IMG/VR virus record: IMGVR_UViG_3300046506_000220
Location: 1-64,000 of that record
DNA: 64,000 bases
From: a virus
Direction: 5' to 3' (one strand)
The notes under the pieces are model-generated. The model saw only the letters and a program-made list of their open reading frames with translations, did not search any database and was not told where the DNA came from. Of this stretch, positions 1-9,909 are shown one piece after another. Made by a program: the position numbers and the translations under genes. Position 1 is the stretch's first letter. Every line of letters starts with the position of its first letter.

Positions 1-9
1 GCCCCCCCT

Positions 10-108
10 CCAGCCTTCCTCCAGCCTTCCTCCAGCCTTCCTCCAGCCTTCCTCCAGCCTTCCTCCAGCCTTCCTCCAGCCTTCCTCCAGCCTTCCTCCG
101 GCCAACCT
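10..108. repeat. 11-bp tandem repeat (CCAGCCTTCCT) x8 plus a degenerate copy
   Basis: Perfect copies start at 10, 21, 32, 43, 54, 65, 76 and 87; degenerate CCGGCCAACCT at 98-108. Confidence 0.95.
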
Positions 109-351
109 CCAGCCCGGTACCACCCCATATTCAACCCATATTCGCGAGGTGGTACACTGTTTATCGGGCAAGCTCCTGAAAAGGATGCTTAAGGGATGCT
201 TAAGGCCAGTAAGCTCCTTACCGGAGCCCAATAAGATCCTGATAAGAGCCTTACCGGGGGCCAGAATAAGATGCCGGGGAGCGGCATTAAATAACCATAT
301 TCAGCCGGCATTTAATATAAACCGTCGACAGACCATCAAACAGACCACCAG

Positions 352-915
352 ATGACAAGGAAAGCTGAACCCTTCAGCCGCGCCGACTTCACCATCAAGC
401 TCGCACGGGAGCACTTTGGCTACGACCCGGAGCTGGGGCGCGTGATCCGGCTCAGGAACCCGCGGCGGGGACCGCAGACGGCCGGCCAGATCGCCAGTAA
501 GCCCGATAGCGCCAACGGGCTGCGGCGGGTCAAGTTCCGGGGCCTGCTGATCTACGAACATCATCTGGTCTGGGCACTCGTCAAGGGCGAGTGGCCCGTG
601 GCGGGGCTCAGACATCGCGACGGCAACGGCGAAAACAACCGGATCGGGAACCTGGTGGAGGCCACCCGCACGGTTCAGAGCAACAGACTTTTACAGACTG
701 GGGACCGGGCGGATGAAAACCTGCCACTTTCCGGTGTCGTCCCGACTTCCAGCGGAAAATTCAAGGCTTTGATCTATCGGGGCAGAATGTGGTACCTGGG
801 GACTTTCGAGACCGCCAAAGAGGCCTCTCAAGCTTACGAACGGGCCAAAAAGGTGTTGCACAACCCCCTCAATTGCAAAATCCCGACCGAGGACCTCCTG
901 AATCTCCTCTTTTAA
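352..915 (+). CDS. HNH homing endonuclease with C-terminal AP2 DNA-binding domain
   Basis: HHLVW...HRDGNGENNRIGNL is an HNH_3-like motif; SGV..SGKFKALI..YLGTFETAKEASQAYERA is AP2-like. Confidence 0.85.
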   Translation: MTRKAEPFSRADFTIKLAREHFGYDPELGRVIRLRNPRRGPQTAGQIASKPDSANGLRRVKFRGLLIYEHHLVWALVKGEWPVAGLRHRDGNGENNRIGNLVEATRTVQSNRLLQTGDRADENLPLSGVVPTSSGKFKALIYRGRMWYLGTFETAKEASQAYERAKKVLHNPLNCKIPTEDLLNLLF

Positions 916-937
916 GCTCCCCAACCCCGGTAACAGC

Positions 938-1036
938 AGACTTTTGAGACGCCGGAGAGGCTCTCCAGGCTTACGAAAAGCCAAAAAAGTGTTATCAACT
1001 GTAAAATTCCGGAGGAAGACCTCCTTATTTAAGCTC
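938..1036 (+). repeat. Degenerate duplicate of the 3' end of the HNH-AP2 gene
   Basis: Aligns by eye to ~800-919 through shared blocks GACTTTYGAGAC, GCTTACGAA, GCCAAAAA.GTGTT, GACCTCCT and TTTAAGCTC. Confidence 0.7.
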
Positions 1037-1222
1037 TCAAGCTCTCTCAGGCTCTTTACCAGCCCCAATCCGGGCTGTATAGTTCGAGCCATGCTTCATG
1101 ATCTGTGGTGGTGAGTGAGGCAGGAGAGGATGCAAAATCCTCTCTTCAGACGGTTGGAGTGGCCAGCTTTGACCGTCACCCCGCCAGGGGGCATCAATAG
1201 TTTTGATCCTTGGTAGTTTCTT

Positions 1223-1308
1223 AGCCCCCGGTCGGGTCGCTCCCGCCTGGGGGCTTTCTCCATTTCTGGCGCCTTGAACCGTTTCCGGACAAGGTTCAGG
1301 CGCTTTTT
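1223..1308. terminator. Paired hairpins between convergent genes (probable terminators)
   Basis: Stem AGCCCCC..GGGGGCT followed by TT; stem GCGCCTTGAACC..GGTTCAGGCGC followed by TTTTT. Confidence 0.5.
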
Positions 1309-1351
1309 GACCAGGTTCAGTAGCTGTCCTCGCGGTTGAACACGTGCAGGC

Positions 1352-3871
1352 TCAGGCGACGCTCAGCCTCTCGCCAGAACGGCCCGTCGGGGTACTCGAC
1401 GAACCCGTCACACCCACAAGTGTGAGGTTTTCGTAGCAGATCTCCTGCCCCCCCAGCTCCGTGCCGGTGATTGAAAGCCTGAATCCGAACTCGGAAGCCA
1501 ATTCCCTCATCTTGGCTCTGAACTGCGTCGATCCAACAGGCCTCGCAGACGCCGGCCCGACGCAAAAGGACCAGTACGCCTGGTAAAGCCTCGTTTCCGG
1601 AACGGATATGCGGGTCGAAGTCTTCGATCCAGCGGACTCCACGCTCTGGAGAGCGCTGATCCGCACCTTGCCGCTCTCCGTGAGAAAAAAACGTACGCTG
1701 TTATTGATGTTGGCCACTTCGCGCATGACCTGCACATGCGAAGCGGGCAAGGTGAACTCACTGGCCACGCGCAGCCGCGCCATCGCCTGCACCGCCCACG
1801 CGACAATTGCTTCGCGTTCCTCAACGACGATCAGGTCCCCGAGGTCCAGGCGCCGCTCACTCGCCCGGACCGGCCGGTTGAACTGGAACACGAGCCACCT
1901 GCGGTTAAACCCCTCGGAGGTGTCCTCGGTGCGCGGGTAATGGTTGCCCGCGAACCAGTGCGTGCAGATTGGCTTGAAGCGGAAGATCTGGTCACCCTTC
2001 ATCTGGCCGCTCATCTCGGCGCCATCGATGATGTCCTTGAACTTCTGGCCATCGATGAGCTTCCTCTCCGACAGCTCCCCCGCCACGTTGATGATCTTTT
2101 CAAACATCTGGGTGGGCAGGAACCTGTCCGACCAGTCATTCGGCGGCACCGCGCAGCGCGCGTTGTCGGGCACCAGCGACTGCGCGATTCTCAACAGCTG
2201 GGATTTGCCGGATTTCGGCGCCCCCTGCAGCAGGATCGCGCGCTGATAGCGCGGGCCGAGACCAAACAGCGTCACCGCGAGCGCTTCCTGCAGTGCATCC
2301 ACCTTCTGCTGGTAATCGTCGTCCTCGGCCCAGCACTTCTCCAGAAACTGGAAAAAAAGCGGGGCCTGCCCGGCTGAACCCGGCAGGTAACGGAATGGCA
2401 GCGTGTAGACCATCCCGTAAGCGGGGTCGTGCGGCAGCAGCTTGAGGTCTTCCGTCAGGAAACCGTTGGCGAAATTCACGCCGCGCACATCCAGCGCCTT
2501 GATGCCCTGCGGCAGCACCGTCTTCATCAGGCCGTGGATGCCCCGGATGTCGCTGAACTTCTTGCAGGCGATCAGGTGCCCGTAGTCGGCGCTGATGCGC
2601 GCCTGCACATAGGTGTCGTCGAGCTTTTCCCAGTGACTGCCCGCCCACTTCCAGATCGTGCCGTTGTGGGCCTTCACGGGAAACAGCTGCTCCAGGTCCC
2701 GGATCGCCGCGCGCGCGATCTCCGACTGGTCCTGGCCGCGGATGTCGCCCATGCGCAGCTCCTTGATGCGGCTCTTGAGCGTCGTGATCTTGACCCCGAG
2801 GCCCCCGGCGTTCGAGATGTAGTCCAGCAGCCGGTCCTCCTCGAGCTTGTTGAGCGACGTGGCGCTCGAGATCTTCAGGAGCGCCCGGTCGATCGCCGCC
2901 GCGCGCTGGGGCGAATCCTTGGGCCACCGTTCGAACTCGTCGATCAGGAACTGCTTGATCAGCTCGAACGTCCACTGCTCCTGCTCCCGCGTGAATTCCA
3001 GCCCCCACGCCTGCTTTTCTTCCTCCGTCAGGCCGTCATCCCAGCCGCTGGGCAGCACCTTCTGCTTGTCGAACACGTCGCGGTGCAGGAAGCGGATCAG
3101 GTTGCGCACATGCTTGTCGACATCGATCGGGTCGCCCGCGACGTGCTCGGTGAAGTCGCTCGCGTACGCCTGCAGCATCCCGATCGCCTCCTTCACCGAC
3201 CGGTCACCCCGCATCACCGCGTAGGCGAACAGGCCCGCGCGCTCGGTCAGGCTCGTGTCGCGCGAACCCGCCGACGCATAGTCGACCACGCGCGTCCAGC
3301 CGCTGTGCGACAGGTCGACCCCCGCCTCGGTGAGCGCGGCGCGCAGCATCGACTCGATCTCGGCATCCAGCGCGCTCAGCTGCGTGTGCACGTCGACGAG
3401 ATCGCAGCTGGCCTCGTACGCGCGGCCCGTGTCCGGATGGATCGACGGCGGCAGCACCGCCTGCGTGCGCGCCGAGAGCAGCTCGACGATCGTCTCGCCA
3501 CTCGTGTTGCGGATGCGAAAGGTCTTCAGGCCCGTGTAGCGGAACGCCAGCATCGCCCCCTTCCTGCCGACCCGGCGCCACGGCGACGGGGGCAGCAGCT
3601 GCTCGATCACGGCGACCAGCCGCTGGTCGGTGGTGTCGATGTCGACCATGCAGATCCCGGACTGCGGCCCCAGCACCAGCCCGATGTTGCCCCCGGCGCA
3701 GCTCTGAAGCCACTGCGCCTGCGTCTCAGGCTCCACCGGCTGGTCGAAGTAGCGCGACCAGTCCATCGGGATCGGCTTCTTCTCGCGGGGATACAGCGGG
3801 ATCACGGGCAGGCCCGCTTCAAGGTAGCGGGGTGCGGTCAGCGCAAAGATGGCGGGGCGTTCGTTACTCAT
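1352..3871 (-). CDS. Bifunctional Prim-Pol primase / D5-like SF3 helicase
   Basis: N-terminal VIPL..KKP, NIGL..G and VDID Prim-Pol motifs; NFANG; Walker A GAPKSGKS; FNRRWLV. Start set at MSNERP, which overlaps the upstream stop. Confidence 0.85.
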   Translation of the reverse strand: MSNERPAIFALTAPRYLEAGLPVIPLYPREKKPIPMDWSRYFDQPVEPETQAQWLQSCAGGNIGLVLGPQSGICMVDIDTTDQRLVAVIEQLLPPSPWRRVGRKGAMLAFRYTGLKTFRIRNTSGETIVELLSARTQAVLPPSIHPDTGRAYEASCDLVDVHTQLSALDAEIESMLRAALTEAGVDLSHSGWTRVVDYASAGSRDTSLTERAGLFAYAVMRGDRSVKEAIGMLQAYASDFTEHVAGDPIDVDKHVRNLIRFLHRDVFDKQKVLPSGWDDGLTEEEKQAWGLEFTREQEQWTFELIKQFLIDEFERWPKDSPQRAAAIDRALLKISSATSLNKLEEDRLLDYISNAGGLGVKITTLKSRIKELRMGDIRGQDQSEIARAAIRDLEQLFPVKAHNGTIWKWAGSHWEKLDDTYVQARISADYGHLIACKKFSDIRGIHGLMKTVLPQGIKALDVRGVNFANGFLTEDLKLLPHDPAYGMVYTLPFRYLPGSAGQAPLFFQFLEKCWAEDDDYQQKVDALQEALAVTLFGLGPRYQRAILLQGAPKSGKSQLLRIAQSLVPDNARCAVPPNDWSDRFLPTQMFEKIINVAGELSERKLIDGQKFKDIIDGAEMSGQMKGDQIFRFKPICTHWFAGNHYPRTEDTSEGFNRRWLVFQFNRPVRASERRLDLGDLIVVEEREAIVAWAVQAMARLRVASEFTLPASHVQVMREVANINNSVRFFLTESGKVRISALQSVESAGSKTSTRISVPETRLYQAYWSFCVGPASARPVGSTQFRAKMRELASEFGFRLSITGTELGGQEICYENLTLVGVTGSSSTPTGRSGERLSVA

Positions 3872-4421
3872 GGGCGTGTTGGATGTCTTCGCTGGGGGTG
3901 GTCGGCGTCGCGTCATCGTCGGTGCTCTGGCGGGCCAGTGCGCTACGCAGCCGGTCCATCACGTCGGTGCGCTGGGCGGGTGACAGAACCTCTTCCATGA
4001 TGGCGAGCACCGTGTCCTGGAAGCTGCGGATCTGCTTGACGCCCAGCGCCCGCTCACGTGCGCTCACCAGCCGCTCCAGCAGGCTCGTGGCGACACGGAA
4101 ATACGCCATCCGCTCGGTCTGATCCGAGTCGCCGATGGTCTTGCCGTAATTTTTCAGCTCCGAGAACACCGAATAGAGGTCGACATCGAGGTTCGAGTCG
4201 ATCAGCTCCTCGGTGATGAGGATCATCGGTGGCGGGGGTGACCTGGGGTGGTCCTGTTCGGTCTTGCCGCGTGCCGCGAGCGAGATGATCCCGGTGAATT
4301 CGGGGCTGTACGGACACCCGGGATCCGTCAGGTAGGCGCCATCCTCGAGGGCCAGCTTGAAGACGAGCCTGAATGCCCATTCGGCATGTTCCCCGATCTC
4401 GGGGAAGTGGCGGTCGCTCAT
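3864..4421 (-). CDS. Hypothetical phage protein
   Basis: ATG preceded by GGAG RBS (MSDRHF...); its stop overlaps the primase start. Confidence 0.7.
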   Translation of the reverse strand: MSDRHFPEIGEHAEWAFRLVFKLALEDGAYLTDPGCPYSPEFTGIISLAARGKTEQDHPRSPPPPMILITEELIDSNLDVDLYSVFSELKNYGKTIGDSDQTERMAYFRVATSLLERLVSARERALGVKQIRSFQDTVLAIMEEVLSPAQRTDVMDRLRSALARQSTDDDATPTTPSEDIQHAHE

Positions 4422-4572
4422 GGTGTCTCCGGTCGAGGAACAACAATAGGCCCTCCCGCACCACGATGAAACCAGAATCAGCACGACTATCTGATAGACG
4501 GGCGCGTCTATCGGATGGTCGTGGTGGCGTGTCTGTGTGATCAGATCCACGCCGGAACCGCTGAAAATTCCG

Positions 4573-4890
4573 TCAGTGCGCCAGATGCATCGGCTGCGCC
4601 ACCAGGCGCACACCCAGGGCAGCGCAAACGCGGCTGATCGTTTCGAAGCGCGGTTCGCTGCCGGGTCGAAGAGCTTTGTACAACGCTTCGCGAGCGATGC
4701 CGGAATCCTTCGCAACCTGTGACATTCCCCGTGCACGGGCAATGTCGCCGATGGCAGCGGCCAGTAGTGCCGGGTCGTTCTCTTCAAGAACGGTTGTCAG
4801 GTATGCCGCCACTTCCTCTTCGCTGTTCAGATATTCGGCCGCATCGAACTCGGAGAGTTCGGAAACCTTGATTTTTCTGGTCATGGTCAA
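4573..4890 (-). CDS. Addiction-module antidote protein (HI1420-like, XRE HTH)
   Basis: FDAAEYL...IARARGMSQVAKDSGIAREALYKAL...PRFETI. Confidence 0.85.
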   Translation of the reverse strand: MTMTRKIKVSELSEFDAAEYLNSEEEVAAYLTTVLEENDPALLAAAIGDIARARGMSQVAKDSGIAREALYKALRPGSEPRFETISRVCAALGVRLVAQPMHLAH

Positions 4891-5186
4891 TCCTCCAGGG
4901 ATTTCGCCAGCGCAATGGCTCGCCGGATGTCGGCCTGCTGGGTGGACTTGTCACCGCCGCCCAGCATCACGATCATCAGTTCGCCGTGCTGGACGTAATA
5001 CAGGCGCCAGCCTGGCCCGAAATGTTCGCGCATCTCGAACACGCCTTCGCCTACAGGCTCCACGTCGCCCAGATTGCCAAGCTGGGCCTTGCGCAGCCGT
5101 TTGATGAGGCGCTGCCGTGTCAGCCCGTCCTTCAGGCCTTTGAGCCAATCGGAGAACTCATCGAGCTGTTTCACCGTGCAGGTCAT
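4887..5186 (-). CDS. Addiction-module killer protein (HI1419-like, RelE/HigB fold)
   Basis: FSDWLKGLKD...GNLGDVEPVGEGVFEMREHFGPGWRLYY...GGDKSTQQADI; toxin lies upstream of the antitoxin. Confidence 0.85.
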   Translation of the reverse strand: MTCTVKQLDEFSDWLKGLKDGLTRQRLIKRLRKAQLGNLGDVEPVGEGVFEMREHFGPGWRLYYVQHGELMIVMLGGGDKSTQQADIRRAIALAKSLED

Positions 5187-5194
5187 TAATCAAT

Positions 5195-5212
5195 TGTAAT
5201 CGAATGATTACA
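5195..5212. promoter_or_regulatory. Inverted-repeat operator of the TA operon
   Basis: TGTAATC-GAAT-GATTACA palindrome just upstream of the toxin start. Confidence 0.55.
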
Positions 5213-5333
5213 CAATGTCAATCCGGTGAGGTCGGCATTGGCCGTTGGCAGGTAGCGCCGGGGCGCTGGCAGGTTTTCTTTGTAATACAGGTTCCCGTTG
5301 TTCAGAATGGCGGCTATTCCCCTGGGCCTCCTG

Positions 5334-7109
5334 ATGAACCAGTACCTGCAGCAGCTTCTCGAGCGAGCCGAGAACCGCTGGTCCAATGACCGCGCGGGGA
5401 TGTCGTATGGCGACTGGATGTGCGAGAACACGCTGCTGGGTGACCGGCCCTTCAGTTTCAGGCGTTATCCGTTCCAGAAACAGATCGCCGACGACATGCA
5501 CGACAACCTGGACGTGGTCAAGCCCTCCCAGGTGGGGCTCACCGAGCTGCAGATCCGCAAGGTGCTGGCGTTCATCGCGCGCGTGCGCAACGTCTCGGTG
5601 ATCTACACGCTGCCCGATGAAAAGATGATGGAGCGCATCTCGGCCGGCCGCATCCGGCCGATCATCGACAACAACCACGTCTTCAACCTTGAATCGATCG
5701 GTGCCACCCGCCCGACCCGCACGCGGGAGATGATGCAGGTCGGCAAGTCGTTTCTGTATGTCACCGCGGCCGGCGAAGGGGCGGCGACGTCCATCTCGGC
5801 CGACATGGTGGTCAATGATGAGGTGGACCTCACCGACCAGTCGATCCTGGCCCTCTTCGGCTCACGCCTGCAGGGCTCCGACTACCGGATCAACCACCGC
5901 TTCTCGACGCCGACCTTCGAGGACTACGGCATCGACCAGACCTTCAGGGTCAGCGACCAGCACGAGTACCTGCTCAAGTGCGCGCACTGCAACCACTGGC
6001 AGGTGCCTGACTTTGAGCGCCCGTTCGTGCGTATCCCAGGACTTGCCGACAGTCTCGCTTTCGAGGAGATCGAGGAATCGATGATCGATGCCGGCGTGAT
6101 TGACCTTGATACCATCACGGTGTGCTGCGAGCACTGCGGCGCTCTGCTCAACCTGGGGGACCACGAGCACCGCGAGTGGGTCGCGAAGCATCCGTCGCGC
6201 AAGCACGCACGTGGCTACCGGGTGCGTCCGTTCACGACCGAACGGCTCGATCCGAAGTACATCCTCACGCAGCTCTTTCGCTACAAGCGCAAGGACTTCC
6301 TGCGCGGCTGGTACAACACCGTGCTCGGGCGCTCGCACACGGGCGGTGACCAGCGCCTGTCTGATGCCGATATCAACGCCGCGTTCACCGAGCTGATGCT
6401 CAAGGCACCGCCGCTTCCGGGGCTACCGGCGTGGATCGGCGTCGACGTCGGCCAGACCTGCCACATCGTGGTCGCTCAGGGCTATGACGTCAGCTCGATG
6501 CACGTGCGCGAGTTCATCACGGTGCCGGTGGCGCGTCTGATCGAGGAGCTGCTGCGCATCTGCGTTGAGTATCGCGTCGTGGCGGGTGCCTGTGACCGTC
6601 ACCCGTACACGCCGACGGCCGAGGCCGCGCGCGATGCGACGTACGGGCGCGTGCTGCCCAACGAGTACCGCGGCGCGAAGGAAATCAACCTGGTCAGGGA
6701 TGCGGCGGGCGAAACCATCTACATGCAGACCAACCGCACCATGCTGCTCGACGAGGTCGCGCGGGCGGTGCGTCTGCATCGCATCCGCTTCTCGGGCTAC
6801 GGTACCCAGAAGGCGGCCATCGTTGAACATCTGAAGGACATGGTCCGTAACGAGGAACCGGAGAAGGAAGCCGAATGGAAGAAGCTGAACGGCAACGATC
6901 ACTACTTTCATGCGCTCGGATTCATGTTGTCGGCCGTGAAGCTGCATACCACCAACGCTTCTGCCCTCTTCAACACCGAAACGCGCGCTGTCATCGCCCT
7001 GACTGGAGCTGATGTGGGTTTCAACGCAGCACCGGGTCTGGTGACTCACAAATCCACCACCAACAGGCTGATCTATGGCCACCACGCCCAAAACATCCTC
7101 CACCTCTAA
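5334..7109 (+). CDS. terL: Terminase large subunit (GpA-like)
   Basis: PFQKQI, KPSQVGLTE Walker A, DEVD Walker B, FSTPT, CxxC pairs, GVDVG and NDHYFHA nuclease motifs. Confidence 0.85.
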   Translation: MNQYLQQLLERAENRWSNDRAGMSYGDWMCENTLLGDRPFSFRRYPFQKQIADDMHDNLDVVKPSQVGLTELQIRKVLAFIARVRNVSVIYTLPDEKMMERISAGRIRPIIDNNHVFNLESIGATRPTRTREMMQVGKSFLYVTAAGEGAATSISADMVVNDEVDLTDQSILALFGSRLQGSDYRINHRFSTPTFEDYGIDQTFRVSDQHEYLLKCAHCNHWQVPDFERPFVRIPGLADSLAFEEIEESMIDAGVIDLDTITVCCEHCGALLNLGDHEHREWVAKHPSRKHARGYRVRPFTTERLDPKYILTQLFRYKRKDFLRGWYNTVLGRSHTGGDQRLSDADINAAFTELMLKAPPLPGLPAWIGVDVGQTCHIVVAQGYDVSSMHVREFITVPVARLIEELLRICVEYRVVAGACDRHPYTPTAEAARDATYGRVLPNEYRGAKEINLVRDAAGETIYMQTNRTMLLDEVARAVRLHRIRFSGYGTQKAAIVEHLKDMVRNEEPEKEAEWKKLNGNDHYFHALGFMLSAVKLHTTNASALFNTETRAVIALTGADVGFNAAPGLVTHKSTTNRLIYGHHAQNILHL

Positions 7110-8658
7110 AGGCCTGGGCGGCACCATCGGGTCGGCTCTGGCCATCCTGCTGCCACGGGCGAGAGCCGGCAAGGGCTTGTCGATGCCGGGGACCTACAAT
7201 CCCTCGGCACCCGACCAGCTGCTCACGCTGCCGACCTATCGCGAGCATCTGACCGATATCTTCGCGACCCGTACCGCGAATGACTCGCGCGCGCTGATCA
7301 AGTCGCTGTTTGTCCAGGATCCGGACATGTCCGCATCGGTCAACGCGTTCCTGACGGTGGCCAACACCGACATGGTGCCGATCGTGCGCGATGTGAACGG
7401 GATGATCGACCGCGACGGCATGAAGATCCTCAACGCGGTGATGGAAGCCTACGACACGCGCTTTGACTATACGAAGGGCTTCGACATGCGCCCGTCGTTC
7501 AAGGAGCTGGCCGAGAATTTCCGCTACCTGCTGCTCGCAGGTGGCTCGTTGCCCGTCGAGATGGTGCTCTCGAAGGCCTTCACGCCGGATGAATTCCGCA
7601 TGATCGACCCCGTCACGCTGTGGTGGAAGGAGACCCAGCCGGGTGTGTTCGATCCGATCCAGCGGACCAAGAATGGCCAGCTGATCGACCTGTCGATTCC
7701 GACCTTCTTCGTCAAGTTCTTCCGGCGCGATCCCACCAGCATCTACACCTACTCGCCGTTCGTCTCGTCGATCAACACGATCGCCGCGCGCCAGCAGGTC
7801 ATCAACGACCTGTACCGGATCATGCAGCTGACCGGCTACCCGCGCCTTGAAGTGAAGGTGCTGGAGGAGGTTGTCCTTAAAAATGCCCCGCTTGAGATCA
7901 GGACCGACCCGCTCAGGCAGAAGCAGTATGTTGAAAGTGCGCTCGCGCAGGTGACGGGCAACGTCTCGAACATCCGTCCCGACCAGGCCTTCGTGCACAC
8001 CGACTCGATCGACGTGGCGATGATCAACGACAGGCAGCCGGGGATGGCGCTGGACATTTCGAAGATCATCGACACGCTCAACTCACAGAACCAGGCGGGT
8101 TTGCGCACGATGGCGACCATCATCGGACGCGGCACCTCGGGCGTGAACACCGCCTCGGTTGAGGCGCGGGTCTTCAGCATGGTCGCCGAGGAGCTGAACC
8201 AGCCGATTGCCGATCTCTTCTCCGACATGCTGACGCTCGCGATCCGCCTGCAGGGCTCGCAGTCGGCGGTGACGGTCAGGTTCCGCCCGGTTGAGCTGCG
8301 CCCGCTCACTGAACTTGAACCGCAGCTGACGATGCGTGCCGCGCGCCTGAAGTCCGACCTGTCGCTGGGCATCATCGACGACGACGAGTACCACCTCGAG
8401 ATGTACGGCCGCATCCGTCCGGACAGCGCGCCGCTGCTGAGCGGCACGAACTTCATGCCGGGAACCAACGTGCAGGTGTTGACGGCCCAGGACATGCAGC
8501 TCCAGCCGAACACCGACCAGAGTGCATCCAACAGTACAACGAACCAGAACTCACCAGTGCCTAACGCGAAGAAGGTCAGCCCCAACTCCGATCCGCTGGG
8601 TCGATCGCTGACACCCAAAGGTTCGAAGTCCGCAACAAGTAACACGGTCAAACCGTAA
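7075..8658 (+). CDS. Portal protein
   Basis: 527 aa directly after terL; call rests on synteny and size. Confidence 0.7.
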   Translation: MATTPKTSSTSKGLGGTIGSALAILLPRARAGKGLSMPGTYNPSAPDQLLTLPTYREHLTDIFATRTANDSRALIKSLFVQDPDMSASVNAFLTVANTDMVPIVRDVNGMIDRDGMKILNAVMEAYDTRFDYTKGFDMRPSFKELAENFRYLLLAGGSLPVEMVLSKAFTPDEFRMIDPVTLWWKETQPGVFDPIQRTKNGQLIDLSIPTFFVKFFRRDPTSIYTYSPFVSSINTIAARQQVINDLYRIMQLTGYPRLEVKVLEEVVLKNAPLEIRTDPLRQKQYVESALAQVTGNVSNIRPDQAFVHTDSIDVAMINDRQPGMALDISKIIDTLNSQNQAGLRTMATIIGRGTSGVNTASVEARVFSMVAEELNQPIADLFSDMLTLAIRLQGSQSAVTVRFRPVELRPLTELEPQLTMRAARLKSDLSLGIIDDDEYHLEMYGRIRPDSAPLLSGTNFMPGTNVQVLTAQDMQLQPNTDQSASNSTTNQNSPVPNAKKVSPNSDPLGRSLTPKGSKSATSNTVKP

Positions 8659-8737
8659 AAAATCTTTGACTCCTAACCATGGCGGTCTGAATAATACGGC
8701 TACTTTCACCGAGCAGTCATATTTGAACCAGACTGGT

Positions 8738-9868
8738 ATGCCCAAGAGCATCGCGATCACCCCTCGCATCGAACAGCTCATCTCCCGGAACAACGGGGGT
8801 GAGCACATTGACCTCCATTCAATTGCGGTGTTCGAGGCATCGGTGCTGAACACGCGTCCGCTCTCGCAGCCGGGGTCACTTTTCGACAAGGGTGTGACCA
8901 CCATTGAGACGCTCAACCAGATGGCGACGTATCTGAACAGCGGCGGACTGGTGCCGCTTCAGACACTTCATCAGAACGGTGACGAGCTGCCGGTTGGCCG
9001 CTTCTTCTACGGTGAGGTGCTGCCGTCAACCACGGGTGACGGCTCGAACGAGCTGGTGTGCCTGTTCTATCTGCCGAAGTCGGAGTCCGACCTCGTGATG
9101 AAGATGGACAACGGCATCATCGACGAGGTCAGTGCGAGCCTCGTTGCGCAGCACCTGCTGTGCTCGACGTGCAGCTGGGACTGGCGCAGTGCAGACGCGA
9201 CGTTTGCGAACTTCTATGACCGTACCTGTGGCAACGATCACGTGCTGGGTGCCGATGGTGTCCATCTCAGCATCAGTGGTCTGGACCGGTGGACAGAAAC
9301 GTCGCTGGTGTCGAAGGGGGCGGCGAACAACGCCAAGATTCTGGGCCGCACGAAGCAGCGGCTTGGCCAGGAGCAGTACGACCGCCTGGCGGCTTCGGGA
9401 ATCGTACCCGAGCAACTCATGCTGATTGCCACCACCACCGAAACCCGGAGTCCGAAGATGGATAAAGACATGACCGAACTGATCGAGGGCCTGGCCACCA
9501 CCAGGGCCTCGCTCACACTCAAGGAAACCGAACTCGCGACGGCCAATGCCCGCATCACCGAGCTGACGGGAGAAACGACCCGGTTGAGCGCTGAAGTGGC
9601 GACCCTGAAGGCAGGTACCACGTTGACCGAAACCACTGCGCAGCTCACGGCTGCCCAGGCGCAGGTCACCGAACTGACGGCCGCAGCAGCTGCGAGCGCC
9701 ACGGAGCTGGCGGACACGAAGGCCAAGCTCACCACGGCTGAAGCGCAGATTGCCGTGCTGCAGGCGGGTGCCGGGGCGGGTGGCCGGGGCGAAGGCGCGG
9801 GCGCTGGCAGCAGCCGTGAGGTCAGGCCCAGTGCCCGGAACAACGCGTTCAAGGCCCCCCCGCGTTAA
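8738..9868 (+). CDS. Prohead protease fused to coiled-coil scaffold
   Basis: Lies between portal and capsid genes; LH..., EVSAS and ETSLV protease-like motifs; Ala/Thr-rich coiled-coil C-terminus. Confidence 0.65.
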   Translation: MPKSIAITPRIEQLISRNNGGEHIDLHSIAVFEASVLNTRPLSQPGSLFDKGVTTIETLNQMATYLNSGGLVPLQTLHQNGDELPVGRFFYGEVLPSTTGDGSNELVCLFYLPKSESDLVMKMDNGIIDEVSASLVAQHLLCSTCSWDWRSADATFANFYDRTCGNDHVLGADGVHLSISGLDRWTETSLVSKGAANNAKILGRTKQRLGQEQYDRLAASGIVPEQLMLIATTTETRSPKMDKDMTELIEGLATTRASLTLKETELATANARITELTGETTRLSAEVATLKAGTTLTETTAQLTAAQAQVTELTAAAAASATELADTKAKLTTAEAQIAVLQAGAGAGGRGEGAGAGSSREVRPSARNNAFKAPPR

Positions 9869-9909
9869 GCGTCAAGCGTTAGTCATCACCACCACATGAG
9901 GACACTTCA

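Noticed and set aside
10-108. CRISPR array
   Set aside because: Contiguous 11-bp units with no spacers, and no cas genes.
691-1092. 133-aa minus-strand ORF
   Set aside because: It overlaps the HNH gene antisense and runs through the decayed duplicate; no recognisable motif.
4421-4787. N-terminal extension of the 307-aa ORF
   Set aside because: It overlaps the antitoxin gene; an RBS supports the start at 4421.
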